Shown in pieces: positions 50,866 through 64,000 of a DNA stretch of 64,000 bases. Both the position numbers and the translations under genes were made by a program. Below the pieces are notes generated by a model. That model had not been told where the DNA came from and made no database searches. It was given only the letters and a program-made list of their open reading frames with translations. The stretch lies in contig JAUZTB010000066.1 of the NCBI GenBank assembly GCA_034780895.1, forward strand, positions 22,940,963 through 23,004,962, given 5' to 3'. The stretch comes from Rhynchobatus australiae. Lineage: Eukaryota. Numbering within the stretch: the stretch's first letter is position 1; every line of letters starts with the position of its first letter.

Positions 50866-51819
50866 GTGAGTGACATTCTGCCTAGTGGTCACAGTTCAAC
50901 AGTGCTGATGTTTTGAAACCTGGAACATTACTCCCTATTTCTGGATGTTTTTCATTCAAATTCCATTTGTGTCATTACAATCTGTAAACTCCCAAACAAA
51001 TGAACAGAGAAGTAAGAAACAATTATCTAAGTATTGGGTAGTTCAAGAATAGATACAGTGCAGTCTTACCCTTAGTATATAAATTCACCACATTTTAAGA
51101 ACACAAATTGTATGTTTTTCTGAGTCAGTGGCAGCCCTTAAGAATTTGTTACTTTTCCATGACTGATTACTTAATTTTGAAATACAATTGATATGAATTA
51201 GTTGATCTGTCAGTCAAAATGTGGAAACTTAGAAAAGTTTCTAAAGCTTATTACTAATGAAAATTGTGACATGTGTATGTCCATTCCAATAATAGATAAC
51301 CTTGAATTGGCTGTTCGAGGATGAAGAATATTTTACTCATTGGTACTACATCCTGAGTTTTATGAAGGTTGATATTTGTACAAAGTTGTCCAAAGGTTGT
51401 ATGTTTAAAAGCAAGCAAATTCAGCCTTTCAGAAGCAAGCATTTTGTTGCTGCATGCTAGGCAGTCCACTTGAATCTTTCCTCTTACTTGCAGGGAGTAT
51501 TGTGCTCCATTTTACTGCTGGCAAAATCCAGCTTGAAACTTGAATGCAGAATCATTGCCTGATTTCCATACCTGGAATTCTGTGTTAAACACAGGATATG
51601 TCTTGCTAGGTGAAGATCAGTACGTCGAGGTAATGTGCCATTGGTCATTTCAGCAGTATAAATGGGAAGAATTCCTTTGTGGCAAATCAGACTGTGCTGT
51701 CCTGAATAATCAGGTATACATGACATGGCAAGGGGCACTTCCTTGTGTTCAGCAATGGTTGCCTTGCGTGTGAGACAAATCTTCTGCAGCTGTTTTAATT
51801 GTCTGTGCCAGGGAACCAA

Positions 51820-52400
51820 AAGTTGGTTTTAAGGATACCTTTTGAGTTTCATGGGTGCCACTGACAGGGGCAATTGCTTGGAGCTGGGGCTGTCAGTTGG
51901 GAAATCAAGAGAGGTTAGGGTTTGAAGGATTGTTTGAAATAGCTGTTTAAGAGAGAAAGGACAGCTAATAAGGTAAAGCTAACACACAAGAAGGGAAGCT
52001 GGATGGTGATCCAGTGGGAATGGATTGAAGGGAATGGAAGATTGATGTTGTAAACCAGATAAACTCAGAAAGAGCATAAAGGAAACACTTAAGAAGACAG
52101 ATTGCCACCTGGGGTTCTGGGGAGGCTGGAGTGATTGTTTATTTTGATGGACACAGAACACAGAAAGGGGAGGAACCAGCTGACATTTTGCTTTCTGCTC
52201 ACAACTAAGAAGCCTATCAGTTCCACGTACAGAGTTTTTGGAGGTGAGAGTGAAAGGCACAGGGCAGAGGAGTTCAGGAGACAATTTGTGGCCAAGAGAA
52301 GCATGGCATGATGTGGTCTCCAGGATGGTCCTGAGTGTTGATAGTTTTAGTAAAGAAGGGGTGACATCTGATAGTGATTGATGTGGTGTGGCCAAGACTG
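51820..52400 (-). mobile_element. Old LINE (L2-like) remnant
   Basis: Purine-rich plus strand; minus ORF 51979-52395 is low complexity with SH..GH.L endonuclease-like remnants. Weak. Confidence 0.35.
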
Positions 52401-54011
52401 CATAGAAGACTTAGTTTTTATCCAAGGCAGTAATTCATGATCATACTAGACTTTCAGCTGTAAGTTGAAGATTTGGACTATGCCAGGAAAAATGGAGCAA
52501 AAGATGTGATATTTTAACACCATAAATTGTTAACCATTATGATATAGATAGGTCCTCGTCGGAGGAATACTGAAGTACTCTTCCTATTGAAATAATGGTT
52601 TAAGTTAACTTTTTGTAAAAGACCTCTGTGGTGTGCATTTGATACAATGAGATCTGATTGGGAATATCAGGTGTCCAGGTCTAACTTTGAGGAAACACAT
52701 GATCTGTTTATCTCCGCAACAGTTTCAGTCAGGATTGAAACACAATGTCAGTTGTGAGAAATAACTTGGGGTGTTTCTTGGGGATCAATTTGACCACTTG
52801 GGACTTTTCAGCTTGGTAACAGTTCCTCAGGACCTAGGACCATTTTGCATTTTTCAGATAATCCATTATTTTTATGACTGGTAGCTTTAATTTCATCCCC
52901 AGCAAAAATGACCTCTTCTGCCGAGCAACAGATTTNNNNNNNNNNNNNNNNNNNNNNNNNNNNNNNNNNNNNNNNNNNNNNNNNNNNNNNNNNNNNNNNN
53001 NNNNNNNNNNNNNNNNNNNNNNNNNNNNNNNNNNNCATTCTTTAGTTTAAACTACATGTCTTCCAATGTACCCAAACTAACAGACACTGAAGAGAATTCA
53101 ATGCCAGTTGTATGCAAAGGTGTTAATATATTGATGCTACATAATTCTGAGGGGAGATTAGCGGTTTGTATTACCCTAATGTAAACAACTGCGCTGTTCT
53201 TTCATAACAGTGTCAGCTGAGAATGCTTGCTTTTCACTCTCAGTGTGAGTGAAGCATTAACCAAGGTTTGAAAGAAATATCTTCATATCAATTAACTGCA
53301 TCTATATTTGAAGCTTCAGTCAAAGCTCAGAACCAACAATTTAGGAGCTGGAGTTTCCCTGAGTATTCCATAAATTAGATTGAGATAACATCACCATCTG
53401 CATGTAGCTTGTCGGATTGATGTCCTGATCTTATTTGGTGACTAAAAATGCATCATGTTCTCAGCAGGTTAGACAAGGCCCTGCAGGACACTTTGCTGCT
53501 TTGACTGGGTGTAATTTACTGAGTGTGTTGCTGGGCCTCCAAAGTTCATCATGTTTCCTTTTGCAGAGATTTACAATAGGATGACCAGCAGCACTTGGAG
53601 AATGATATTAATTCCTGAGTATTTGGTCTTATGCCCTCTACTATGCATTCGCCAGAATGGATGGCACTTTTACTTCAGCAGTAATACACACAGCATTTCA
53701 GTTGACCAGGCTGAACTGCTTTTGTTATGTTGTGAAGCAGTTTCTTCCAATATTCATTGGATTGATGAAGATCTATTGATTGGTTTTCATGATTAGTTCA
53801 AGTGCTTTGACCAGTTCTAAAGTTCTATGCGATTTTACGATACTGCAAAATGCTGTTTTATATTTCCCACTTGCATCCAAATATTTTGCTGATTGTTGAC
53901 TTAAGTATGCCCAGAAAGCATCAACCCATTTATTTTTGTGCTCTTGACCCCCAATGAAAGTATTATACCTTTGTTAGTCATGTTTTGCTTTCACCAAATT
54001 GGGGTAATTAA

Positions 54012-54491
<480 letters not shown>

Positions 54492-55249
54492 TAAAAACTT
54501 TGTTTCTGTGATGCTAATTAGACCCATTTACAATGATCACCTCCTTCCTAGCTTTCTTTAACAATTTGTGCTGCTTTGAATATAAGATTATGGAGCAATG
54601 TACTGTTCACCTGGTTGATGGGTCTCTGCAATTCCGAATGAATGTTGGGAATTTGGACATGCATTGTTCACAATTTTCTGACCATTGGATTAAGTAGTCA
54701 GAAAATCAACCCAGATTTCCACTCTGTTCCTCTGGTAGTTGCGATGCCCCAGCAGAAAAGTGAGGGCAGAAAGACAAGGCAGCCAAATGATAGAGTACAA
54801 CATACTTTTTGTGAAGTTTCAGTAATGCATCTTCAGCTTCACTATAGATCTTCTGTTTATCAAGATGCCACTGTTTGAGTGGCATCGGCTGCTGCCCTTC
54901 TACTTGCGCCTTGAGTTTCTCAGCAAGAAAACCCAGGGCTGTTGTGTGTAAATTTGCCATTAATTATCTGAATTGGTGGAATCCTGAAGTATTTCAACCT
55001 TGGAAGATAAAATATAGCAGAGGGCTAGGGTGCTGGAGCCAGACATGGATGGGATTTTACTTTATATTTCCCTCAGATTTATCTTCTATAGTGAATAGAA
55101 CCCACTGTAATAGAGGGGACAGTCCAAAAGAAATGGCCAGACCTGCCGTAAAAAGACAGCACTTGCAGTGACTTAAAGGTTTTGTGCTTTTCATGGTCTT
55201 GTCCTACATAAAGGGGACTGAAGAGTTCCATGTACCATATTTCCTTACG

Positions 55250-55582
55250 ACGTAGAAGAAGGCCATTTTAACTCATCAGGTCCATACTTGCTCACAGAGG
55301 AAATTCATCCCCTGCTAATTCACCCTGTAACCTATTCTCCCTACATTCCCATCAACTCCTCCCAGATTCTACTATTCACTTACATACGGTATTTGTGGAA
55401 AAATACAGTGGCTAATTCACCTTCCAACATACAAACCTTGGAGGAAACTGGAGTACCCAAGAGAAGCCCATATGATCACAGGGAGAACACACAAATTCCA
55501 CACAGACAGCACCAGAGGTCAACATTGAATATGTGTTGCTGGAGCTATGACGCAGCAGCCCTACGAGTTGCGCCAATGTACC
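55250..55582 (-). mobile_element. HE1/V-SINE-type SINE, diverged copy in the intron 9 equivalent
   Basis: Plus strand shows the reverse complement of the core: CACAGGGAGAACACACAAATTCCACACAGACAGCACCAGAGGTCA...CTGGAGCTATGACGCAGCAGC. Confidence 0.8.
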
Positions 55583-55965
55583 AAAAAAAGGAGAGGAGAC
55601 AAAACTAAAAATGGGGAACTTTCAAGAGTGAACCTCTCCTCAAATGACCATCTTATACTGAAGTCATATTTCTCCACCGAAATTAATGTGTATTCACTTG
55701 TAAAACTCCCAGATGTCATTCAGTGCAACTTAATCTTATGTTTGTATCCTGCTCTTCCCTGTGACTGAGGAGATACCCTTTCTCTACTAGGCCAGTCTAC
55801 TTGGTGAGGGACTCAACTTGGGAGTCAAAAGTGATGATAATATCTGACAATATAGCTGCAGGTTCAGTGTGATATATTGTTTTCTGCAGAACCTGAGGGC
55901 CACAGCAGGAGTGAATGCATATTTACTGACCATAATTTGTTTCACGTGCTTTGATTCCTTTGCAG

Positions 55966-56010
55966 TTTGACAAATACCCAACAAAAGTCGATCCTTTCTA
56001 CCGACACAGT
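55966..56010 (+). CDS. AUTS2: AUTS2 45-nt coding exon (exon 10 equivalent); not in the ORF track
   Basis: Branch-point-like TACTGAC at 55924-55930, acceptor ttgattcctttgcag|, donor |gtgagt; phase 0-0. Encodes FDKYPTKVDPFYRHS, identical to the recalled human sequence. Confidence 0.97.
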
Positions 56011-59000
56011 GTGAGTGAACTCACCATTACACCAAGCTTGCTCCACCCTTGAAGCACTGTGTTAATTTAAAAATAAGTGTGAGAGTTTTACCTTTTATAG
56101 CCCATGCATCAAAATTTAAGAGGGAATTGAATTGTTAGCAATTTGTTGGTTTGAATTGATAACTTTTGTGGATGTGCTCTGTTGGTAATATTTCCAACAT
56201 AGTTCATAGATGGCTAAGTTAGTTTCGAGGTTGGGTAAAATGTGTTCATTTAAATAACAATATGACCAAACTAGTAGTTTCTGGGGAGTCAGAGTACTTG
56301 TTCTAAAACACAAAAATACTGTGGATCTAGTCAATTTAAAAATAATAATAGAACTGTTGAGCAGGTTAGGCAGTTTCTATGGAGAAGGAATGAGAACTCA
56401 TTTTCAGGTCAATGACAGTTCATTACCAAGTACTTGTTATATTGTTCTGATCTGTAAAAATATTTTTGGTCATTAACATTTTATTGATATTGGAGTTGAA
56501 CAACATGATGTTGTGGAAAAATTCCGTATATATTATTCGCTTTCAGTGTTGGGTGAAACCTGAAGAGACATTAATGCTAAGCTCTTGTAGATTAATTTTG
56601 ACTTTTCCCCTTCCTCTGAGACCACCTAATGCCACATGGTATAGAGACTTTGGAGAGGAGTCAGGTACCTGCACAAGTGCATGTGGAAGATGGGATTCAG
56701 CTGGTGTTGCAATGTGTGAGCAGGAGAGAGGAAATGCTGCCTCATTTGACAGCTGAGATCCAAACCTCACTCCTAGAGTACAGTATACCTCTGGTCGACC
56801 TGCAGATAATTTTTTAAAACAATTTAACTACTTTCCTGGCTAATTTCAGCAATCATTCCATCAGATTCTAATTCAGGGTATCGGACGTGCAGATTCTTGC
56901 AGACATTGGAGATCATTTTCTCCTCTGACAGAGTGTTGTCCACATGAGGTGAATCATTGTATTGTGTAAAGCCACAGACACTGGTGTTTGACTTTTATTT
57001 CCTCTGATATGGAAGGTTCCTCATGTCTTTCATAAGCTCCTAAGTGATTCAGATTCAACTTCACAGAAGTCAAATAAACAATTGAGGTTGGCTCCAGGCA
57101 TAGATGGCTTTCTTTGCATAATGGTAGGAATGCTTTAACCCTTTGATGCTTAGCTACGTCTGCGCTCCTCCAATTGACCAGCTCAAGATTTTGTGAGGCA
57201 CCAGTGAATAAAACCAATACCTCAGTAATGTTATCTGATGTGATTCTTGTTTGTCTCCTGCATTTATAAAGATCTTAAATGGAGAAAGTCTTTGGAAACT
57301 CTGCTTCTTATTTGCCTCTGAGCTGGAGGGGCCCAAATTTAAGCCCAAGTCTATGCTGTGAAAACTAATGTCAACCAGGTCTGTAGATAGACTGCAAATG
57401 GCCATCTTGAACCTAGATTGGGATGGGGTAGTGCCACCTAACAGAAGTCTATGTTCTCTCCAGCACCACCTGCAGCACTGCATTGAATCCTCAGTGGGTG
57501 CTGTTCATCACCATGGCCTTGCCTTCTGCTCTTGAGTAGCATGACAATTTTAAAGCACCTTTATCCCTTTAAAAGTCGGTGGAAATTGTGCTGTAAAAGG
57601 AGCTGTTTCTGTAACTGTCGTGCCTGAAACCTGATTAAATTTTGAGATAACAAAAGCAGAGTCAAGATGCAGCTGTGTCAGTTGAGGACCAGCTGAAGAT
57701 ATTCCTCTCATATTGCAGATACGGACTGAAAGGGGAAAAAAAATGTATGATTACCCAAGATCACTTATGAAGATCAGTAAATGACCAAAAATTAATAGGA
57801 AAAGGAAACTAACAAAGAACAATTGGGAATACTCAAGGGCCTAATAGAAAGTTGTTACTTTTGAATTCTGTGATATTTCAGGATTATTGGACCTGTAAAT
57901 TAGTTCCATATATAGTAGTTCTCAGTGCAGGTTTAATTTGGATAAAAGCAAAACTGTCTTGGAACAAAATGGATAAAGATTGCTTGTGGCATTGTGGAAA
58001 AATTCACGTGTTGCAGTGAGGAGACACATGCCTTGTTCCATCATCATATAGCTTTTGAGTGAAGGAGAGGAAAATCAGGTCCGGTTCTTACTGCCAGTTG
58101 CTGGTCAGTGACTTAGACTGGAAATCATGTGCAGGTGGCTGTTAGTTGAGAAAAAGATTGGATTCCTCTCAATACATGCTTGTTATATGAGGAATAACCA
58201 AGTTGAAAGAAAGACCAGAGGGCTGCTAAGATCTATGGAAGGGGATCTTGGCATAAGGCAGTGGTTCCGGACGAGGCAGAAAGGATATCAGGGAAGGAGA
58301 AGCTGAGGAATGTTCTTCCGTAAGTCACAATCCAACAATTTTGTGCATAAATAACTGAGCAAATCTTGTATTTCTGGCAAATTGATTTTGGCAAGGACAG
58401 TCAAGAGCTCCTGATATGTATGTCCAGATATTCTTAAAGGTTTTTACATGATACTAGCCATCATTTCTGAATATAAACATAATGAGCCAACATAGAAGAA
58501 TCAGGACACTAAAAAGCATGATTCAGCATAGATGGTGGGTGTGTTTCACATCCTGTATAGGTTAAAATGTGTTGTTATAGCTTGCATTTAATATTTTTCT
58601 GTTCCAAGGTCATCCTTTTATGTGAGGCTTTGCTATTACAAAATATTTTCAAGCACTATTTTGTTGTAATGACTGAATTTGCCAAGAAATCATTACAATT
58701 AAAGTGGATCTTGAACTAATAGATTTCTCCAATACACAATGTTCATGTCCCTTGCCTTACTACAAATGCACAGAAAGAACACTTGTTATCTGCTCACAGG
58801 AAGTCCATCTGCTTATTATTATCTGCAAAGAGTAAGGACTTCACCCCAAGAAATGCACTATGAAGGAAAACGTGATGGGACATCACAGTAATTAATACAT
58901 CAAGATGATAACTCCTTGTCAAAAAAAGGGTGAATTCAAACTGCAGCTTAGGGATGGAACAATGGAACAAAAATGCAGCTTGACTATGGATTGTCCATTT

Positions 59001-62000
59001 GCACCAGAGCCAATTCAAACTGAGAGCAGACACAGGAGGGGATGGTTTCCAATTCAAGTTCAGTGCTGCACCTGGTGCTCATCATTGAGTGCATTGTGCA
59101 TTTTAATTCACATCAGAGCCCAGCCTTCAGAAACCATATCCTTTCTGATGATTTAAACAGCCTGGATATCAAAGGCGTATGGAATTTCTCTTGAACTAAT
59201 CACAACAGTCAGAAATATAAAGGCTACAATCTATTTCACAGACTGAATCCAATCAAGTTACCACTTTTACTTGCATTCCTACACAGCTTCTTGCACTCAG
59301 TATGATTTTTTTTTAGAAGAAGCAAAATTAAACTTTGTGATCATTGAAGTATTTTAAATGAAATGCTGAGTATTGCTGATGTCTGATAGTTTTCAATTGA
59401 GGCTTAAGGAGCCTCCATAAAGCAACAGGAATCCCTTACTAACACACATGGATTTGGCACTGTGCTTAGTTTGAATTTTGAAGTGGAGGATTTTGGAGGC
59501 CCAATTAAGAAGTTTTGAGAGAAGTAGCGTTCATTCTGTAAATTATTCATTGAGAAACAAAGGAGTAACATGAGAGTTATAGGAAAATAAGAACAGATTT
59601 TGCTTAGTGGCTGGCTGTGAAGAAGAAAAGAAGGTTGATGATTTGACCATGTACGAGTCATCAGAGTTTACTGGTTCAAAGAATGGTTAGAGAATGCCGG
59701 TCTTGTGTTTTAGAAGAGAGTGGAAAGAGGGGTAAGAACTTTGCAAGTCTGAGATCCCTGGGATTCAGTGGGTCAGAACAGGAAGACAGAGCGGCAAGGA
59801 TAGGCTGGAACACAAGGAGCATATAAAGAAAATTATGGCTATATTTTACTAATCATGATGTCCTCAGCTGATCACAGGCCAACCAATGAAGAAAATGGCA
59901 TATTGAATTATATCCCACCTATTTGTCAAAAGGGTATGGCTTCTTCCAATCATATCCAAATAGGGTTGTTGTACCCCTGAGATCTCACTTTACCGACAGT
60001 GCTTCAAGGGTTTTTAATCATTATTGTGAGCTGCTCTTTGACTGTGCTACAATCGTCAGTATTCACACAGCAGAGCTGCTTTCCTACTTCATTCTCAAAT
60101 CTCTTGCATCTAAAGCTTCGCTTGGTTATTGGTGTGCTTCCATGCAATATACACACTCCAGTAAGTTGCTGATCAGTTGCAGAGCTTATAAGTAGTAACA
60201 AAATGAAGCATGTTAGCTGAGTGATGAAGCCAGTGCTCTCAGAGGCCTATCTTGTGTTTTTATCGTTGAATGTTCCACTCCAAAATAAGAGGGAACTTTT
60301 TTTTTAGAATTTACAACCTCTCTGCCTTTGTGAAGGTTTTAACAATTTTTTTTAGCACACTGGTGATTCCCCTAACCTAGTCTTTAGCTATAGATTAAAT
60401 ACTATTTTAACTGTGTAAAGTGGAACCCAGGAGATGCGATGTCCTTTGAGCATATATGCAAGTCTCCAAATGAGATAAAAGTCATCATACTGAAAAGTTC
60501 TCGACAGGCTTAACACTGATTTGGAAGTATCCAATTACTTGGAAATTCTTCATTGATTTTTGTTCCATGTTTTCTAGCACCTTACAGCTGCAGCTAATCT
60601 GATCGTCCAAAATATCAAATTATTAGTTTCAGAAGTATCTATTTTACTTGTAATCAAATGAAGTCTTAAAGAGATTTCAGCAAGTTTTTTATATTGGGGT
60701 ATCACAGAATAAAGAACATGGTCTTCAGTTGCAAGCAATGACCACTTCTTACCTATAGTAGAATGATCTGCAATTGATGGTAGATTCATGGAGATTTTTT
60801 AATAAAACCATTTGTAGCCTTAATTGGCTTCTACTTTCCTGAAAGTTACATTGAAAAAAATAATTGAAATTTATTACAAAGAGATGAATCTTAGTGCACA
60901 TAAAAAGATGTAGGTAGTTTGTGAAGTCAGTATTCTGTGCTTTAATCTGCTCAAGATTTGCATCCGTCCTTCAGTAATAGGATCAAAAGGGAATAATGTG
61001 TCTGGTCAGGCAACATTTTTCATAGAAAAAGCAGGATTGAGTTAGATTTCATTGAACCCCATCTTCTAGAGATCACATCTGTTAAAAGTTAAGGGACTAT
61101 CCAGTTACAGTATTACTGATAGATCATTCTTGGAGAAAGCCAATTCAAACATTACTTATTGAATATACAGTGCTTACTTTAGTTTATCATAACTTTAGAT
61201 GGTAGTCAATGGAAGCTATGTGTTCCACATTTTAAGTGGCTGTATCCCTCAGCAAACTCTATGTAAGGCATGGCAGAATTTCCTCACTGGCTGTCGTGAA
61301 GCAGTTTCTTTATTTGAGCATAGTCAAAATATTTGATTTAATTCAGTTACTACTTCTAAGCTGAGTTCTCCATGCCAATAATCAGTAACAGCCATACATT
61401 TTCTTTGCCGCTCTTGCTGCTTTCCATTGCACTGGATTTATCTGCAGCATACATAACTTCCACAAACTAAACCTTGTTCTGGATTGTGCTTGGACCTGGA
61501 ATTAAAGATTTAAGTCCAATGGTTGATCATTCAACCAGGGTAAGAGCCCCCTAAGTTAATTACATACCTGATGTGATCAGGGTTCGAAAGTTCTATTAGT
61601 CTTGTGTTATGGCAATATTTGTGGGGTGAATATATTAAAGATAAGTTTCTTGTGAGAGCAGACATGGGAGGGGATGGTTTCTGAGAAAGAGCATGGATTA
61701 TCGGAGCAAAGATGTTTGCCATGCATAGTTGAAATGTACTGTATGTAATAAAATTGCCAGTACTGAAATAACATCAATCTCTAAAATTCTGGCTTCTTTA
61801 CGTGGCTCAAATTTATTCCCAGACTGCTAGATCTGATTAGTAGGTGGCCTCGTGGAGAATGAAATGAACAAATTAAATTGCTGCCTTAAAATCCTAGAGG
61901 AGATAGAAGTTTTTGTTTTTGGGAAAGTGATGCTTTTGGAACGGTAAGTGATGGTCCTCTTTTGCTCAGTTTTGGTCAATTTTGTTTGTGATAGTACTTC

Positions 62001-63639
62001 TCATGCCCAGTTAACCATGGCTGATTCCCTTCATCCTTCTATGGAAAATACCATGACAAGGCTGTCATTTTCCATAAAGAGGAAGAAGTAAATCTAAGGA
62101 GAGGCTATCCATCTACTTTTGTGTATCCCTGTGTGTCCAACACATAGGCGTTACTGGCAGAGCTTTTGATACAGGTAAATTTCATCTGCTCTCTCATTGA
62201 TAGTCCAAACACAGGTTATTAAGTTAGAACTTTTAGCATTATTGTACAACCCCCCCTCTCAGATGTAATGTCTAATGTGATGGAAAAAGTTTATTTTGTG
62301 TCTGAATTGTAAAACCTCCATGAATCGCAGGTTCTTGCACTCCCCATTACATACATTGGTTGCTAATAATCCTTGCATATTGCATCTTTACTTCTGGCAG
62401 GAGGCGATTTCACCAGTATTCTCCAAGCTATGGACACCAGCCCGCAGATCCTTTGTCTAATTTACCATTTCTTTACAATGGGAACCCTGAGCCAATTCTT
62501 AAGTGAAAGTGTGTTAATCAGGTTCTGTAAGAGTTTTGAAGCTGAGTCATCTGATCCACAGCACATGTTGAGTTGAGGCAGGCCACCTACTTTCTGTAAT
62601 CTGCAGTGTTTTCTTTCATACCTGATAATTAATAATTAGTAAAGTACCAGTCCTGTGGTAAGTTGAAGCATTTCTCTTCTACAAAGAGTATAACATTATC
62701 TGTTACAAGCTTGAAATCACAAAATGTAAGCAAAGGATGAGTGTTTGCTCAATCTTTTGATCCGTCTTATCCGAAAGGATTTGAATGCTCTCAGAGTAGT
62801 GTGATTTAATATACAGCTGACTTCAAATACAGATTACAGACATGCCCCATTAGCTTGAGGAAATAAAGTCTGAGAAAGAAAGTTAGCATTGATATAGCTT
62901 AGTTTTCCTTATCCTAGAGTAGTTGATTGTCAAAGTCTTGCCGTTGCTCCTGATGGCAGTGATAACGGGAATTGAATACAAATGATCTCCATCCCATTCA
63001 AATTCAAGGGTTGAAAGACTTGGATGGAGCCATTTCAGTTTTTGCAGATCCTATTTCAGTTTTGCTGCTTTGGCTCCCGTGTGCTATGAAATATCATTCT
63101 TATGGAGCAATGTTCCCATAAAAATATATTAATATCCTTGAAAAGGACATGTGCCAAGGTTTCCATGTGAATAGCTTCTTTGCCAGGGAGAGCATGTGGA
63201 GAGCTTAGACCTATAAAGAGCTTTTTCAAGAGCACAATATTTCCTTGTATTTGTTCATGTCAGCACACGCTGCCATTAGCAACAGGAGGGAAATGTGGTG
63301 AAAGACCATCAAGTGTTTGGCCATTTTACAGTAGCATGCAGATAAATAGGCCGATTTAGAAAGGATTTGTGATTTTTGGAGGCACTGAGTTGGATCTAGA
63401 GCCTTTGGGTGTGTGGGCACCCATTTCTTGTTTCAGCCTTCAAAGCAGCAGAAAATTAAATCTGGTTTGCTGATTGGCTTCAAGATGCTGGTGAAACCAA
63501 ATCCTGATTCAAAGAACTCTTCTCGCATTTTAAGTTGAGCATGTGGCATATAGCAGAAAAGGTGCTAAATGTTTTGCTCGCTGTGCTTAATTGTTGGATT
63601 CAGCAAATCTGAAGCATTCCTCCTTTTTCTTTTCCACAG

Positions 63640-63735
63640 TTGTTTCATTCCTATCCTCCGTCCATGGCTGGAATTTCTCCCATGATTCCACCTACAGGTC
63701 CTTTTGGTTCTCTGCAAGGAGCATTTCAGCCGAAG
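63640..63735 (+). CDS. AUTS2: AUTS2 96-nt coding exon (exon 11 equivalent); not in the ORF track in this frame
   Basis: Acceptor tcctttttcttttccacag|, donor AAG|gtaacc; phase 0-0. Encodes [32 protein letters not shown]. Confidence 0.96.
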
Positions 63736-64000
63736 GTAACCCTGAAATCTCTTTGCCAATATCTTTTTCTTTGCACTCCTGTTTTTCCAATGTGAGCATT
63801 ATCAGTCATCGAAAGCCTGGGAACTGGGAACTGTTGTTGCTTGGATCCTGAAGTGAGGTGAATCCTAGTACCCTGAACCTTCATGAGATAACTGTGCATC
63901 ATTTCCATGTTCTGAACTAGTCTTTCAAACCACCTAATGGGGAAAGATATTTGGTAAACTCTCTGGATTTGCTGAAAGGGAAAGTCTGGTACTTGGAGCA

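Overview
Vertebrate genomic DNA, not prokaryotic: AT-rich, CpG-poor, repeat-rich, with 12 assembly gaps. The repeat repertoire (HE1/V-SINE, DeuSINE, CR1, Rex1, Tx1, RTE, Penelope-type termini) suggests a cartilaginous fish, possibly a batoid; this is inference. The window lies inside the AUTS2 gene on the + strand. About 46 kb of one large intron is followed by five coding exons matching human exons 7-11 (46165-46885, 50612-50865, 54115-54329/54350, 55966-56010, 63640-63735). All have GT-AG sites and mutually compatible phases. The preceding and following exons were not found in the window. Almost all listed six-frame ORFs are spurious or decayed retroelement pieces. I cannot demonstrate a new biological system. 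The best leads are: a near-perfect pre-miRNA-sized intronic hairpin with an adjacent second hairpin (33066-33185); a coding minisatellite expansion (SQPLLP)n in the exon-7 equivalent; built-in splice micro-variation (21-nt alternative donor, tandem CAG acceptors, RBFOX motifs); decayed Penelope-type minimal hammerhead cores; and several motif-dense candidate enhancers. Repeat boundaries are approximate, and family assignments and human comparisons are from recalled sequences, not from a search.
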